Shown: positions 1 through 14,316, counted from the stretch's first letter. The stretch is DNA of 64,000 bases from Eledone cirrhosa (GCA_964016885.1 OZ024741.1:133424001-133488000); one strand, 5' to 3'. A program made the numbers and translations. The notes: generated by a model from the letters alone, not told the origin.

Positions 1-596
1 GCCTTTTGATTCTAGGCCGTGCTTCCATGTTTGGCATTTCTTCTCTAGCTCGGCCATTGATTCCGCTATGAGTGTCAGGTCTGCGTATAGGAGTTCCCAT
101 GGGCAGCTGGTCTTGAACTCCTCTGTTATAGCCTGAAGGGCAATAATAAATAGTAGGGGGCTGAGAACAGAGCCCTGATGGACGCCAACTTTTACGCTAA
201 ACTCTTCACTATATTCGTTGTTAATTCTAACCTTGCTGACTGTTTCTTTATACATGGCTTGTATAGCTCTCACAAGCCATTCGTCAACGCCTAGTTTTCT
301 AAGAGCCCACCAGATAATGGAGCGGGGGACTCTGTCGAAGGCTTTCTCCAAGTCGACAAAAGCTAAGTAGAGGGGTTTACCTTTAGCTAGGTACTTCTCC
401 TGTAGTTGTCGTACAATGAAAAGAGCGTCTGTGGTACTTTTGCCTGACACAAACCCGAACTGCATTTCATCTAGGTCAATTCTCTCTCTGATTAGTTGTG
501 CTATTACTTTTTCCGTGACCTTCATGACCTGGTCGATTAATTTAATGCCTCTATAGTTACTCCTATCTAGGGTGTCTCCTTTACCCTTATAACAGA
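1..596 (-). mobile_element. RTE-clade LINE reverse-transcriptase fragment (5'-truncated, continues off the left edge)
   Basis: Minus strand translates CYKGKGDTLDRSNYRGIKL...DEMQFGF...LAFVDLEKAFDRVP...GVHQGSVLSPLLF...WELLYADL; same family as the 47.5-49.6 kb copy. Confidence 0.9.
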
Positions 597-605
597 TATA
601 TATAT

Positions 606-939
606 AATATATTAATAAATGGAAACTATATTTATAAAACTATAATTATTTTATTATATATATTTCAAGGGAAACCAAGGCAAATTATGGTGCGCTTTCA
701 TCAGATAAAATACAGATTTGTTTTATAAATAAATATTGACATACCCGGAAAAAAGACAACCTTGAAGTTCCCTGGATAGATCAGGTTGTCTTTTTTCCGG
801 GTATGTCAATATTTATTTATAAAACAAATCTGTATTTTATCTGATGAAAGCGCACCATAATTTGCCTTGGTTTCCCTTGAAATATATATAATAAAATAAT
901 TATAGTTTTATAAATATAGTTTCCATTTATTAATATATT
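606..939. repeat. 157-bp inverted repeat (606-762 / 783-939, 20-nt spacer), Penelope-like terminal palindrome
   Basis: Arms are reverse complements by direct reading; related sequence at ~13500-13670 and ~27110-27350. Confidence 0.9.
833..898 (+). ncRNA. Minimal type-I hammerhead ribozyme motif (mirror copy on - strand at 647-712)
   Basis: tattttat CTGATGA aag..ctt GAAA TATATA TA ataaaata: 8-bp stem I, conserved core, palindromic stem/loop III. Confidence 0.7.
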
Positions 940-941
940 GA

Positions 942-1521
942 ATAAACGGAAAAAATGAAACGAAATTTCATTTCCCACTCTTAGTACGGCTGTTACTTAA
1001 ATATAAGTATGTATACGTACATACATATATGTATACAGACATACAGTAGTATGTATATATACATACATGCACACATATATATATGTACGTAAGGATTCAC
1101 CAAACATTTATTATAATGCTCGGTGTGTTTGTAAACAAACATCCCGTATTAAGCCGTAGTGTCTAGCAACCACCGTTGCTCGTTTGTTCAACACTGACAA
1201 AGGAACACTGTACTAGTTTCAAGCTTATTAGCTATCGTCAGCAACATATACCTTCCTGCCAGATGATTGAACGTCCGAAAGTATATACTTTCCTTATGCA
1301 TATTAACGGCTGAGTAGCCCAATTTGCATATCGAGTGGGTTAATCGGCCGGGAGCACCGAAAACGATAAACGGAAAAAATGAAACGAAATTTCATTTCCC
1401 ACTCTTAGTACGGCTGTTACTTAAATATAAGTATGTATACGTACATACATATATGTATACAGACGTACAGTAGTATGTATATATACATACATGCACACAT
1501 ATATATATGTACGTATGGATT
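942..1521. repeat. 156-bp direct repeats (942-1097, 1366-1521; period 424) plus partial inverted copy ~1521-1555
   Basis: ATAAACGGAAAAAATGAAACGAAATTTCATTTCCCACTCTTAGTACGGCTGTTAC... occurs twice. Confidence 0.85.
1205..1247 (-). ncRNA. Minimal hammerhead ribozyme motif
   Basis: Minus strand atgttg CTGACGA t-agct-aata-agct-t GAAA CTAG TA cagtgt; palindromic CTAG loop III; stem I needs G-U pairs. Confidence 0.5.
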
Positions 1522-2489
1522 AAGTAACAGCCGTACTAAGAGTGGGAAATGAAATGAAAAGCGGATGTAAAATGATGATGATGATGATGATATATATATA
1601 TGCATTTTTCCTACTATATCAAGCATTAAACTAATATATATATTTTCATTAAAATGTATCGTTTATTGTATTGGTTTCTATCTACTTTTCACATATATAT
1701 ATTTATATATATATTGGAAGACCCTCAGTTGTGTCAAAGACATGACAGCTTCTCCTGTCCTGTGCACTTGGTGGTTTGTCAACCGTACATCAAGGAGACA
1801 CAGATCCCTGGCTTGCTTGAGAGATCAGTGGCTCTGCTTCAGTACTGACTTGATCTATGTAGATCCATCCAACCCTTACTAGCTGGGAAAGTGGATGGTA
1901 AAATGACAACAATAATGATGATGATATATACACACATGTGCGCACACACACGCACACAGCACATATATATAAGTGCAAGCTAACATACTTAATGTGAATA
2001 AAAAAAAAAAAAAAATAATAGTCATTTAATCAATTGAAATTAGACTCATAATAAGAAAAAATGCCATTAATATTAATGACAATTTATGTTAAAAGAATGC
2101 AAGGGAGAGAATTTTGAAATTTAAATTGATCCAAATTCACTTGACTTTCTCATCAAATACTTGAACTTGACTTTCTAGCTAAATACAGACAACCTTTCTA
2201 TAGATAGTTCAGATATCAGGTTATTTTTTGTTATATTTAGTCTGCTATCATTTCTAGACTAATGAAAAACAAAAGATAAACAATTTACATCTTGGTATGT
2301 ATCATTCCTCTGTCATTTATCAGCCTGGCAAAATTCCAGTCTTGATGCTGTGTCAGACAGGAAGACATGATATATTCATAGAAAAAGAATAGAAGATTTA
2401 CAACCAATTGAACTCAACCAAATGCATCTCTGAATTATTTAATCTGTAAGCAATTCTATTTAGATAATAGTTACATCTAGTTTGATTTC

Positions 2490-2700
2490 TGGACTGGGTT
2501 GTGTGTTGTGTTCTTCAGAAAAACATTTCATTTTTCATGTTGCTCCAGTATACTCAACTGAAAATGAGTACCAGCAATAGCTGGGATGTTACCCTGCAAT
2601 GGACTGGCATCCTGTCCTGGGGCGAATCTTCTACTATCAGTCACTTAAAGACATAGAAACCAGGATAAGCACTGGCTCAATGAGCCTCCAGGCTCAAGAT
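2490..2700 (+). mobile_element. SINE (CORE-like body; CCCTGCAATGGACTGGCATCCTGTCC tail family)
   Basis: Homologous copies at ~52975-53250 and 60754-60984. Confidence 0.7.
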
Positions 2701-3276
2701 GGATTTTATTTCTAGTTAGCAAGATATTGAGGGTCATTTAAAAGGTCTGACTGCAAGTGCATGCTTAGTTCTATCTTGTAGGTGGAAATTATATTTTTCC
2801 ATAAGCAAAATGAAATAAAATAAAATAAAATAAAACATTTTTATGACTTAAGTCATTGAAGGGAAATTACTTTTTTGCAGAGCCTTTAAGAGGAGAAAGT
2901 AAGGAAGAACACATAACTCATGGGTTGCTGAAATAAGAAGCAATGCAGCCATCATCAATTGAGATATCAAATATCAAGATATCGTCAGACTAAAGACTTG
3001 CTTTGAATACTTTCAACTGAGTGAAGTCTGATAGATTCACACAAAGACCACAATGTAGCAGTTTTGTGTTAAACAAAGCAATACAGTAAATTGTTGTTAG
3101 ATGGCATGTTGTCTGTAAGGGTTATACCCCTCAACATTGTTTTAGAGCAGGCATAGGCAACATTGTATAAAACTGTGGTCCTTGAGGTTCTGAAGTTTGC
3201 ACCTTAGACACTGCTAAGTGGGTTTAATTTTAGTGGCAATGCTGGGTGTAGTTTGAGCTCCAGCGATCATGTAGAC

Positions 3277-3439
3277 CAGGCATGGGTAACCTTTTTCGAG
3301 TAGCAGGCCACATAGGATGTTGCTCATCACAAGGCGGTTCGCACTCCTAACAAATTCAAGGCAATTTTGAAATTAGGCAGGCCATTCAGAAAGCCAAAAG
3401 GCTTTATCCAGCTCACGGGCTACAGTTTGTCCATGACTG
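3277..3439. mobile_element. Putative small hAT-type MITE
   Basis: Imperfect TIRs CAGGCATGGGTAACCT / AGTTTGTCCATGACTG; TSD degraded. Confidence 0.4.
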
Positions 3440-3486
3440 CCATAGAGTGGGGCTAGAAATACTTTTTTGTGTATGTAGGTATGTAT

Positions 3487-3805
3487 GAAGGCACGTGACT
3501 TTGTGGTTAGGGTATTTGACTTACAATCGTAAAGTTGTGAGTTTGATTCTGGCAGTGCCTTGAGCAAGACACTTTATTTCATGTTGTGCCAGCCCACCCC
3601 ACTCAGCTGGCAAAAATAAGTTGCGCCTGTAGTTCGAAGATCCAGCCTTGTCACATTCTGTGTCATGCTGAATCTCCCCGAGGACTACCTTAAGTGTATG
3701 TGTGTCTGTGGAATGCTCAGCCACTTGCACGTTAATTTCATGAGCAGGCTGTTCCGTTGATCGGATCAACTGGAACACTCATCATCATAACCGATGGAGT
3801 GCCAA
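3487..3805 (+). mobile_element. tRNA-derived SINE with CORE-like domain
   Basis: tRNA-like head (GTGGTTAG...GTGAGTTTGATTC), CCTTGAGCAAGACACTTTATTTC core; related copies ~18380-18720, ~54010-54260, ~59460-59700. Confidence 0.75.
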
Positions 3806-5150
3806 TAGTAAGTAATATATGTATGTATGTATATATGTATGTATGTATGTGAGTTGGCAGCCACCATGTATGTGAGTATGTATGTGTGTATGTATCATCA
3901 TCATCATCATCATCATCGTTTAACGTCCATATTCCACGCTTATATCTGTATGTGTATATATGTGTGTGTGTATGTATTTTATATTATATATGTAGTGAGT
4001 GGTTAGCATTAGGAAGGGCATCCAATTATAGAAACTATGCCAAAATAAGGAACGTTTCAGAAGATGACAACTTGTCCAACCCTTGTTAGAGTAGAAAGTG
4101 GGCATAAAAGGAGGATGATATTGACTTTACTTTCCATATTGCCAGGATCAATGAAGTTATAGTTAAGTGAAAGAGAGACATTCTAAATGGTTAGTCAACC
4201 CACTACTAGAAATAGAAGTCATCTTCATGTCAGATCACACAATATGGTCTTTTTTTAAGAACAAAAAAAAAACAAAAAAACAGAAAGGAATCATTTGACA
4301 AGATGCCAGACCTTTTTTGTTTACTAAGTGGGGTGGAGCTTGTCAAATCAGACCAAGGAAACAATGTTTCCATTGGTCCTTCCATTGCTGATACTATCTA
4401 CTTGGCAGAAAGAGCAATATGAAATAAAGTGTCTTGCTCAAAGACATAACCAGATTACCTGGTCCATGAATCAAACTCCCAACAGCATGATTGTGAATCC
4501 AATTCTCTAACCATTAAGCCATGCACCTTCACTTGAAGAACAAAAAGGAAGAACATATTGGATAATGCAATCTGAGATAAACTGTTCTTGAAAAGATTGT
4601 AAATGGTCATGGCTAGAATGCTTATTATCATAGGTTTGCTTCATCAGGGATGACCTGGAGCTAAACAACAACATCAGTGGCTGTTGCTAAAATCAAGTCA
4701 CAATGTTCTGAAGATATGGCTGAGCAAACTAATAGATTAATCAGAGCAAACTCTCCAGAGAATATTGTTAAAGATATTTAGGAAAGAATATTCTTTTATC
4801 AGCATATCAATCTTTTCTAAGCAGAATATTGCCAGGATGCATAATCTTCTATATCCAAATATGAAGATAAAGAAGTAGAAGCAGGATTTATTTTAAAGAA
4901 ACTTTAGAACTGCACAGAATTTTCAGGCAGGTGCCATTAGCTAGTGTTTGATATTCTCTGAGTCTTGAGAAGCATTTATAATATAATGGCTATTTTAAAC
5001 ATTTTATGAGTATTTTAAGTCTTTTAAACATCATCTACAATGAAAGTACATGTAGTATTTGACACAATATGTAAACTTACTTCACAGAATTAGATTTAGA
5101 ACTAATTAAACAAGTGTCAAGTACATGTTTAAATAATCACTGGGCGAAGG

Positions 5151-5580
5151 TAATAATAATAATAATAATGAAAATATTGTGTACAATGCTCAGGTGCACT
5201 ACAACTCATCAAAAGTGTATGTATAGTACATAGGGTAATGTACAAACGTCAGGAAAATGAACAGAGCATGAGTCATGATATACACATGTGTGCATGTGTA
5301 TGGAAGGGGGGACATCAGGTGTAGTTTTGGCGAATTTCGGAAAGCATGAGGTTTTTAAAGGATGCAGTGTCTCGACAGCTAACAACTGACGCAGGTAGTT
5401 TGTTCCATGCTTCAGCAACTCTAAGTGTGAAAAGATGTTTCTGAAAGTCATGGGAGCTGTGCTGTTTTCTGACTTTGTAGGCATGTCCACATGTGTTAGA
5501 CATATGGAGATTAAAAAGGTGCTCAGGGTTGTTGTTGGCGAGATGGTTAATAACTTTGTGGGTGTTTACCAAGTCCATAT
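5151..5580 (-). mobile_element. CR1-clade LINE 3' end with (ATT)n tail
   Basis: ORF 5315-5578 GHAYKVRKQHSSHDFQKHLFTLRVAEAWNKLPASVV resembles a CR1 C-terminus; same 3' end at ~41870-42350 and short tails at ~10850, ~12450, ~13150. Confidence 0.85.
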
Positions 5581-5849
5581 AATAATGGTTTCTGATTTAG
5601 GCACAGAGGCAATAATTTTGGAGAAAGGCAAAGTCAATTAAATTGACCCCAGTGCATTATTGGTACTTTATTTTATCAACTTTGTAAGGATGAAAGACAA
5701 AGCTAACCTTGGTAGGATTTGAACTCAGAATGTAAAGGGCCATAATAATAATAATAATTGTTTCTACTTTTGGCACACGGCCAGCAATTAACCAGTACAT
5801 TACTGGTACTTTATTTTATCGACCCCATAAGGATGAAAGAATAATAATG

Positions 5850-7540
5850 ATTTCTTTTATTTGTCATAACAATGCTGAATGTGGGGACATTACAAAGACA
5901 AATTACATAAAGTGTTGGGGTTCACATAAAAATCAGATGAAAAACAAAACAAAAAAAAAATTGATGATAAACTGCCCTTCTGATACTAGAGAACCCCAAA
6001 ATAGGGACCATCAGGGAATGCCACAAGTCCATGGTCACCCTGATTCCTATGACTGGGTGCCCTTTTCTGATTTTCCTTCTTCAACCTACAGGCTCATGCT
6101 GAGAATAGAATCATTCACTCTTGCCATTTTTGCCACAGTCACTAATTTTTAAAATAAAATTCACTAGAGGAGAACAACCTCCTCTCTACTCTCACCTTTC
6201 TTTTCAAATGAAACTTGAAAAAACTCAACAAGATCTTGATTGAAGAGGAAAATTGTCAGTCTTTGGCTTCTCAATCTTGTCTACATGACCTCTTTTGCTA
6301 TTGCCATCAGGCAAGGAAAAACTTTTCCTTGTTATTATAACTGGATGCGCCCTACACACGACATCAGCTGTTTGACATAAACCCTATATGTCAGTAATGT
6401 TTATACATTGAACAAGTGCATGCAGAGCAGTTTCATCACCATGTGCGCATCTCAAACAAGCCCATCTGACTGCACCACCATGCCTGTAGAGTTTATCTCA
6501 AACTGGTATGCTCCCTAGTAGCACTGCCAAACCAGAGATTTCTTGAAATTATTCATAGAAGTCCCCAGCCTGAATGTTCTCTGAAACAGACGGGCCAGTT
6601 CACTTTTTGTTGAGGCTCAGAGCCTCCCCAAGAACATCATTGCTCACTTCTGCCACTAGTCCTCTATAAAATGCAAGAATAGAACCTCCACTGATCACAT
6701 TGTCTGCTAGTTGGCAGTGAGCTCCTGATGACATTGCAGATACCAGATGCCCAATCATGGTCTTTGCTTGACCGAGGACAGTGGCTCAGTCAAAGAGACA
6801 AGCTGCGAGAAAACAAGCCTTATGAACAGAGACCATACATGTTCATCCCCAAGGAATCTCTGCAAGTGTCACAGCCTCAGTGCATACATCTGAGCAGAGG
6901 GTATAGGTAGCAGATAGATCTTCTAACCAATGGAACTTGCCCCTTCCACAAGAAATGAAAGAGTAAACACTCTAGTCAGACGAGGACCAAGGCAAGGTGT
7001 GGTGATCAGGTGATAGATGAGGACAAATGCAATGTAGAGATTTGCCACCTTAGCCCAACCTTTCAGAGACAGCGTCTTCTCAGTCCATTTCTGGGTAAAA
7101 CTGGCCAACCTGGTCATAACCTCATTTCAATTCATATCCACCTGTAAGTCTAGACCAAACCAAATCCTAAGCAGTTTAACAGGTCCATCCATCAGCCCAC
7201 AATGCTGTCTTATAGGATGGATCTGAATCACAGGTCAACCAACTTGACTGTGTTGATTTTTGACCTGGACACTACCTCGCATTCTTTAGAATGTTCCAAC
7301 CACTTCCACTATTATAGTGGCATTGTCTGTGTATACTACTCCAATGACTAATTGCTTATGACTAATTGAAATTGATCAGGGCTCCAGTAAAGCCAAGTTT
7401 CTGACCCACCCTCTCTCTCTAATGTATCACATGAAGTGAATAGATCTGTTCGAGATTATGCACATTTATGATACTCTGATGAGACCACCAATGACCAACC
7501 TCTGTGCCAATACTTGGGCCAAAATCCTAAACTCTTCTGT
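5850..7540 (-). mobile_element. Degenerate Tx1/L1-like LINE
   Basis: Broken minus-strand frames resemble the 21-23 kb copies (FYRGL motif, ..KMARVN.. C-terminus, WAKVANLYIA). Confidence 0.6.
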
Positions 7541-8790
7541 TAACTCTTTACTATACATTACTGATTCTACTTCAATGGTAGTAGTAGTAGTAGTGGTGGT
7601 GATGGTTTCTGATTTAGGTACAAGAGTTAATTAAATCAACCCAGTGCAGTACTGGTACTTTATTTTATTGACTCTGTAACGATGAAAAGCAAAGCTAACC
7701 TCGAGGGAATTTGAAATCAGAATGTAAAGGGTCATGAAGCATGTTGTCTGATGTTCAATTGATATGGCCAATCCACTGCTCTAGTAGTAGTAGTAATAAT
7801 AATATATTTTGGTGACCACAATGGCCCAAGACGTTGGGGATAATATAAGGATGAAAATCAATACAGAGTGCCATTTATAATGAGTAAAGGGTAGGGGACA
7901 TCAATAAAAGAAAAAAACATTACATACAATAATAGCAATAATTGTAATAAATAGTAAAAATAAGAACACAAAACAATAACAAAAGTCAACTAGGAAATGT
8001 TCCCCAATAGAGGGGTTGGCACTTTAGAGTAATTCTTAATTTTTTTATATGAATACGTAAATATGTATTATTGAAGTTAAATATATTACTTGCTTTCTAA
8101 AGCAAAACAATTTTTATCATTTCTTGTCCAATGATGCACTGAATATATATGTATATATGTATATATAGTTGCATAGTTACTAGTTAAGACTAGTAAGACC
8201 ATTGTTTAGCTTAGTGCTCTATACTCTGGTATTATAATGATTTTCTGCCCTACGGTAAGAGCTCTACCGTAGGGAAGGAAATCATTATAATATATATATA
8301 CACATTAATTAAAAACAACAAAAGGCTGGACTGGAAACTTTCTTTAAAATTCTAATTCTGTGAAAACATAAAACATATTCAATGGCGGAATTTCACCATC
8401 CGATCATGATGCAAGACTTAGACGGTCTCATCAGATGCTGATTGCAGAATTAGTTATATAAGATAATAACAGGATTATGGTAAACACAAACAAAGAATAG
8501 AAAAAATAGAGGACAGATTTGATTCGGGGAAGGCCTGCAAATTCGGTGTTACTGTAATGGCATACCATCCCTGGATGTGGCACAAGCATCAATGCTAAGC
8601 ATTGTGGGTTGATAGGTGTGATAGAAGAAGGTAGGGATTGTTAGATGGCAACACAAATTCTACTGTCCCTAAAAAATGCCATTCATTAATCCTAACCAAG
8701 GATTCTGCTGCTACAGAAGTTTAGCGGTATCAAACTCTGTTTCAGTAGACATTGGCCAAAAACTAGCGTAGTGTGACAGTGAAGACTTAA

Positions 8791-9011
8791 CCCTTCAGCA
8801 TTTACATTACTCTATATATACTATTATATTTTCATTGTAAAGGCTTTACCTCACATAATTATCTCACATAATATCAAATCTATGGGATTTTGATATTATT
8901 TATTTTGAGAACAATACCTTAACATCAGTATGAGCAGTTGGTTACAGCCGGTTTGAACAGAAAGAGGTCAGAGAATTATGGCTGGATATGGCCATTTTAA
9001 ATGCTAAAGGG
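8791..9011. mobile_element. piggyBac-like MITE
   Basis: TTAA | CCCTTCAGCATTTA ... TAAATGCTAAAGGG | TTAA; sister copy 40969-41189. Confidence 0.8.
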
Positions 9012-9389
9012 TTAAAGTGTTAAAGTGCCCCAGAGGTATACAAAGCTATATAAATTGTATAAAATAATAAAGAAATAAAAAGTTATAAACAGTTATAAAA
9101 AATTACAAAAATAAGATTAACAAAATTTATAAAGCTTATAAAGATTACAAGTGCTTTAATTTATTGCAACACCGTTTACTAAACAGAATCACCAGTTCTA
9201 CCCATTGGTAAACAACGTAAAATAAATGACGTATACACACACACACATGGGATCACCCATGTAAAATCGCATATCTGAAGAGGTGTCGATTAAAAGTCGG
9301 GATCCGATCGCCCGATCAAACCTGAGCTGATAGATATTTGTAATATGCAATAAAGTTTCATAACAAGCTGAAAATCTGACTTCTTATTG

Positions 9390-9428
<39 letters not shown>

Positions 9429-9435
9429 GTATATA

Positions 9436-9897
<462 letters not shown>

Positions 9898-9919
9898 TAG
9901 TCTTCAATTTTATTATTAT

Positions 9920-9997
<78 letters not shown>

Positions 9998-10375
9998 GGA
10001 GGCACATGGCTTGAGCATTGGCCTTGCAATCGAAAGGTTGTGAGTTCAATTCTCAGACCAGGTGATGTGTTGTTTCCTTGAGCAAGACACTTTATTTCAC
10101 ATTGCTCCAGTTCACTCAGCTGTAGAAATGAGATGATAGGACTGGGGTCCATATCATTCCACTGCAAAGTGGTCGTGGAGGTGCCACGGCAAAAAAGCAC
10201 CCAGCCCACACTGTAAAGTGGACGTCTAGGCGCCACGGAAAAAAGCACCCAGCACTCACTGTAAATGAGGTTGGTGTTAGGAAGGGCATCCAGCTGTAGA
10301 AATCAAGCCAGAATCAGTTCCCACCCTTGCAAGCAGGGAAAAGTGGACGTAAAATGAAATGATGATGATGATGAA
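9998..10375 (+). mobile_element. tRNA-derived SINE (CORE-like body, RTE-derived 3' part, (ATG)n tail)
   Basis: GGAGGCACATGGCTT...GTTCAATTC head; tail CCCACCCTTGCAAGCAGGGAAAAGTGGACGTAAAATG matches the LINE 3' end at 35635-35669; sister copy 46787-47168. Confidence 0.85.
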
Positions 10376-10551
10376 ATGATATATGTACCGTATATATAAA
10401 TATGCCTGTTATAAGAAGCAACAAGAAGGGGTGGTATCATAAAAGGCATCAGAAAATATCTCAGAAAATATCCAAACCATGCAAACATGGAAAAATTGAC
10501 ATAAAAACGACGATGATGATTCTGATACAAACATACACACACACACACATT

Positions 10552-10653
<102 letters not shown>

Positions 10654-10772
10654 AAAAAGTATGACCCCCTACTCTGCCGTCGGGGTCATACTTTTTCCTA
10701 TTACCAACTCTACTACCCTAAGTATTGAGTACTCTGGTGCGTTATGGTCCATCTGGTTACCACAACTCCTTC

Positions 10773-10825
<53 letters not shown>

Positions 10826-10887
10826 GTATATATAGATATATATATATTGACGAGTTGTAGTGCACCTGAGCACTTTACACAATAATT

Positions 10888-10922
<35 letters not shown>

Positions 10923-11193
10923 GAATACATATATGTGTGTGCGTATATATTTAAATAATGTGTGTGCGTATTCTATAAATAATAGCTTAGAAAATTGGGT
11001 AAACTGCTCCTATAGATGGAAAAAGGTGGCCAATAGCTGCATGGTATTGAAGAGATACAGGGTTCTTTTCTCTGTAGCAGCTGCTGGCCACTATTTTTCC
11101 CATCTATAGAGATCTCTTATCTGACTTTCTAAGCTATTATTTATAGTGATTGAGTGTTGTTGCAGTCATTTTCTGTGTTTAGGAGTCCTACAT

Positions 11194-11231
<38 letters not shown>

Positions 11232-11339
11232 CTTGCTGAAAGCATTTGGCTTTGTGGTCGGATATACACCTTCCTTTGTACCCATTCTTCTCCTTCCCAT
11301 GAATACATGTACTACCCTGATTTGTGGTCTCCCCGTTCT

Positions 11340-11418
<79 letters not shown>

Positions 11419-11643
11419 TATGCATACATACATACAAGCATACATACATATATGTAAGTATGCATGTATTTATGTATACATATATAAATATGAGTGTATA
11501 TATATATATATACATACACACACACACACACACATATATATACATATATATTCATATATATATCATCATTATCATCATTGTTTAACGTCCATCTTCCACG
11601 CTAGCATAGGTTAGATGGCTCGTCCCATTTGAGATAAGTTGAG

Positions 11644-11695
<52 letters not shown>

Positions 11696-13242
11696 ATGAA
11701 TATATTTATATATTTCATAAACAATAATAATGTTGAATCTTACAGTAATATATAGATAGAAATAGGTGACTTACCATTTTGTAAGATTAGGTGGAACTGC
11801 TAGCTCACACAGGCTGAATCTTTCCAAACTAATTCTTCACTATTTCAAAGAATTCCACAGACCCTATTTTCTCTTTTTCTTGCTCTCCCCTTCCTCACAC
11901 TTTCTCCCCCTCCTATTCCATCCTCTTCTCTACCTTTCCTCTTCCTCCTCCTTCAATATTCATTTGTTGCTCCAGTCCCACAACTAGATGCCTTTCTTTT
12001 TCTTTTTCTTACAGTTGTCTATTTTGTTGTTTATTTTATTGTTGTTGCTGCTGTTGTTGATGTTGTTGTTGTTGATATTGTTGGTAATGTTGTTGTTACT
12101 GTTGTTACTGTTGCTGCTGTTGTTATTGTTGTTGTTGTTGTTGTTACTGTTGTTTTATGTTCATTGATATTGACATGATTGTAAGTTAGTATTATTATTA
12201 GTATTAGTATTATTATGATGCTGATGATGACTATAACTATAATTATGATGGTGATGATGATGATGAAAACAGAGAAGATACTGGTTGACTAAATAGGGTG
12301 ATATTTATATAGGCAAGTAAATAGATACACAGATAGCTGGCTAGCATGGATGGATGGATGGGGAGATAGATAGATTGATAGGTAGGTAGTTAGAGGGTGC
12401 ATAGCTAGTTAGATATATAGTTTGATAGAGAAGGCATAGGTAGATAGACAAATATAAGTACATTATTCTATGTACTGTACATGTACTTTGATGAGTTGTA
12501 GAACACCTGAACACTATACACAACAATTTTCATTATTATATTATTATTAAATAGGTAGATAGATAGTTTGATAGAGAAGGCATAGGTAGGTAGACAGATA
12601 AATTAATAAATAAAAACGGGAAAAAATATGGAACAAAATAAGATAAAAATATAGAAAAAGTCAACCAATGAAATTAGACAGGTTTAAAAGTAGTTTTGTT
12701 AGGGAAATATTTTTGCAGTTTAAAACTTGGTAGATAATGGACTATCCATTTGTGAAATGTCTAGCTTAGGGTGGAGAAGAATAAGGTATTCTGTGTCTAT
12801 CATCATCATCTTCAACACTACACCACCTCCACAACTGCACACATACATAAAGTGAGTGTTGTCTTCGAAAATGGCAGCATGCATAATGCCAGTAACATAG
12901 GCTAGATGAGGAATGGTAAGGTAAGAGAATTATGAAACATACAAATAAACCTAAATATATGAAGGTAGACAGGGGATTGTGAAGTGAAAAAGACTGGGGC
13001 ATGTGTCTGTGCCTGTGTAGGATAAGAGAGAGATGGGGATGGGGTAGGAAAAAGAAAGAAAAAGACACACACACACATATATGTGTGTGTAATAAACACA
13101 CACACACAACTTAATTAACTAAAAGGCTACCTATTCATAAATATACCTATAGACGAGTTGTAGTGCACCTGAGCACTTTACACAATAATTTCATTATTAT
13201 TATTATTATATATGTGTGTGTGTGTTTATATATATATATATC

Positions 13243-13289
<47 letters not shown>

Positions 13290-13304
13290 TTATATATATA
13301 TCAG

Positions 13305-13351
<47 letters not shown>

Positions 13352-13366
13352 TTATATATATATCAG

Positions 13367-13447
<81 letters not shown>

Positions 13448-13568
13448 TTATATATATATATATATATATAAATATATATATAATCCAAGGATAACTTGAA
13501 CCAAGGATAACTTGAACTGTTAAGGTATATTCTCCTTGGTTATGTCAACATTTATAAAACACACTTTG

Positions 13569-13629
13569 TATTTTATCTGATGATAGCGTACCATAGTTTT
13601 GGTACCCTTGAAATATATATAATAGAATA
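13569..13629 (+). ncRNA. Minimal hammerhead ribozyme motif (same family as 833-898)
   Basis: tattttat CTGATGA tagc-gtacca-tagttt-tggtac-cctt GAAA TATATA TA atagaata. Confidence 0.6.
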
Positions 13630-13687
13630 AATATGGTTTTATAAATATAGTTTCCATTTATTTAATATCATTGTACATATATATATT

Positions 13688-13718
<31 letters not shown>

Positions 13719-13987
13719 GTATATATATATATATATATAACAGATAAATTTATGGATAGCTAACTTTTTAGTCAACTTGCTTTAATTAATTATACTATTT
13801 TGACTATTTAGTTACTTGTATTTAACAAGTAACTAGACAGATAGTCAGATAGCCAGGAAGCCAGATAGATAGTGGAATAGCTAGATATATAGAAAGAAAA
13901 TGTAGCTGACAACCTTCACAGTTATATACTATATACAGAGGCATACAGATATATAGATGGATAAGTAAAGTCAAATTCCAGCTGTTT

Positions 13988-14055
<68 letters not shown>

Positions 14056-14143
14056 TGTATATATAACGAAGGAAATGTGGTCAGGAACCAGGTGGACCAT
14101 AACGCACCAAAGTACTCAATAACTTAGGGTAGTAGAGTGGGTA

Positions 14144-14244
14144 ATAGGAACAAGTAAGACTCCGACGGCTGAGCTCAAGCCGTTTCGACGTCCAGAATTA
14201 GCCGTCGAAACGGCTTGAGCTCAGCCGTCGGGGTCTTACTTGTT

Positions 14245-14249
<5 letters not shown>
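14144..14249. repeat. 47-bp-arm hairpin at the end of a dispersed repeat (family also at ~10650-10775)
   Basis: 14144-14190 is the near-perfect reverse complement of 14203-14249. Confidence 0.85.

Positions 14250-14316
<67 letters not shown>

Noticed and set aside
2259-2898. Possible small + strand exons with AG/GT boundaries
   Set aside because: Frames hit stops or are too short; no homology recognised
9269-9350. Hammerhead-like gcatat-CTGAAGA...TA-atatgc
   Set aside because: Stem I is present but there is no GAAA core; at best a decayed copy
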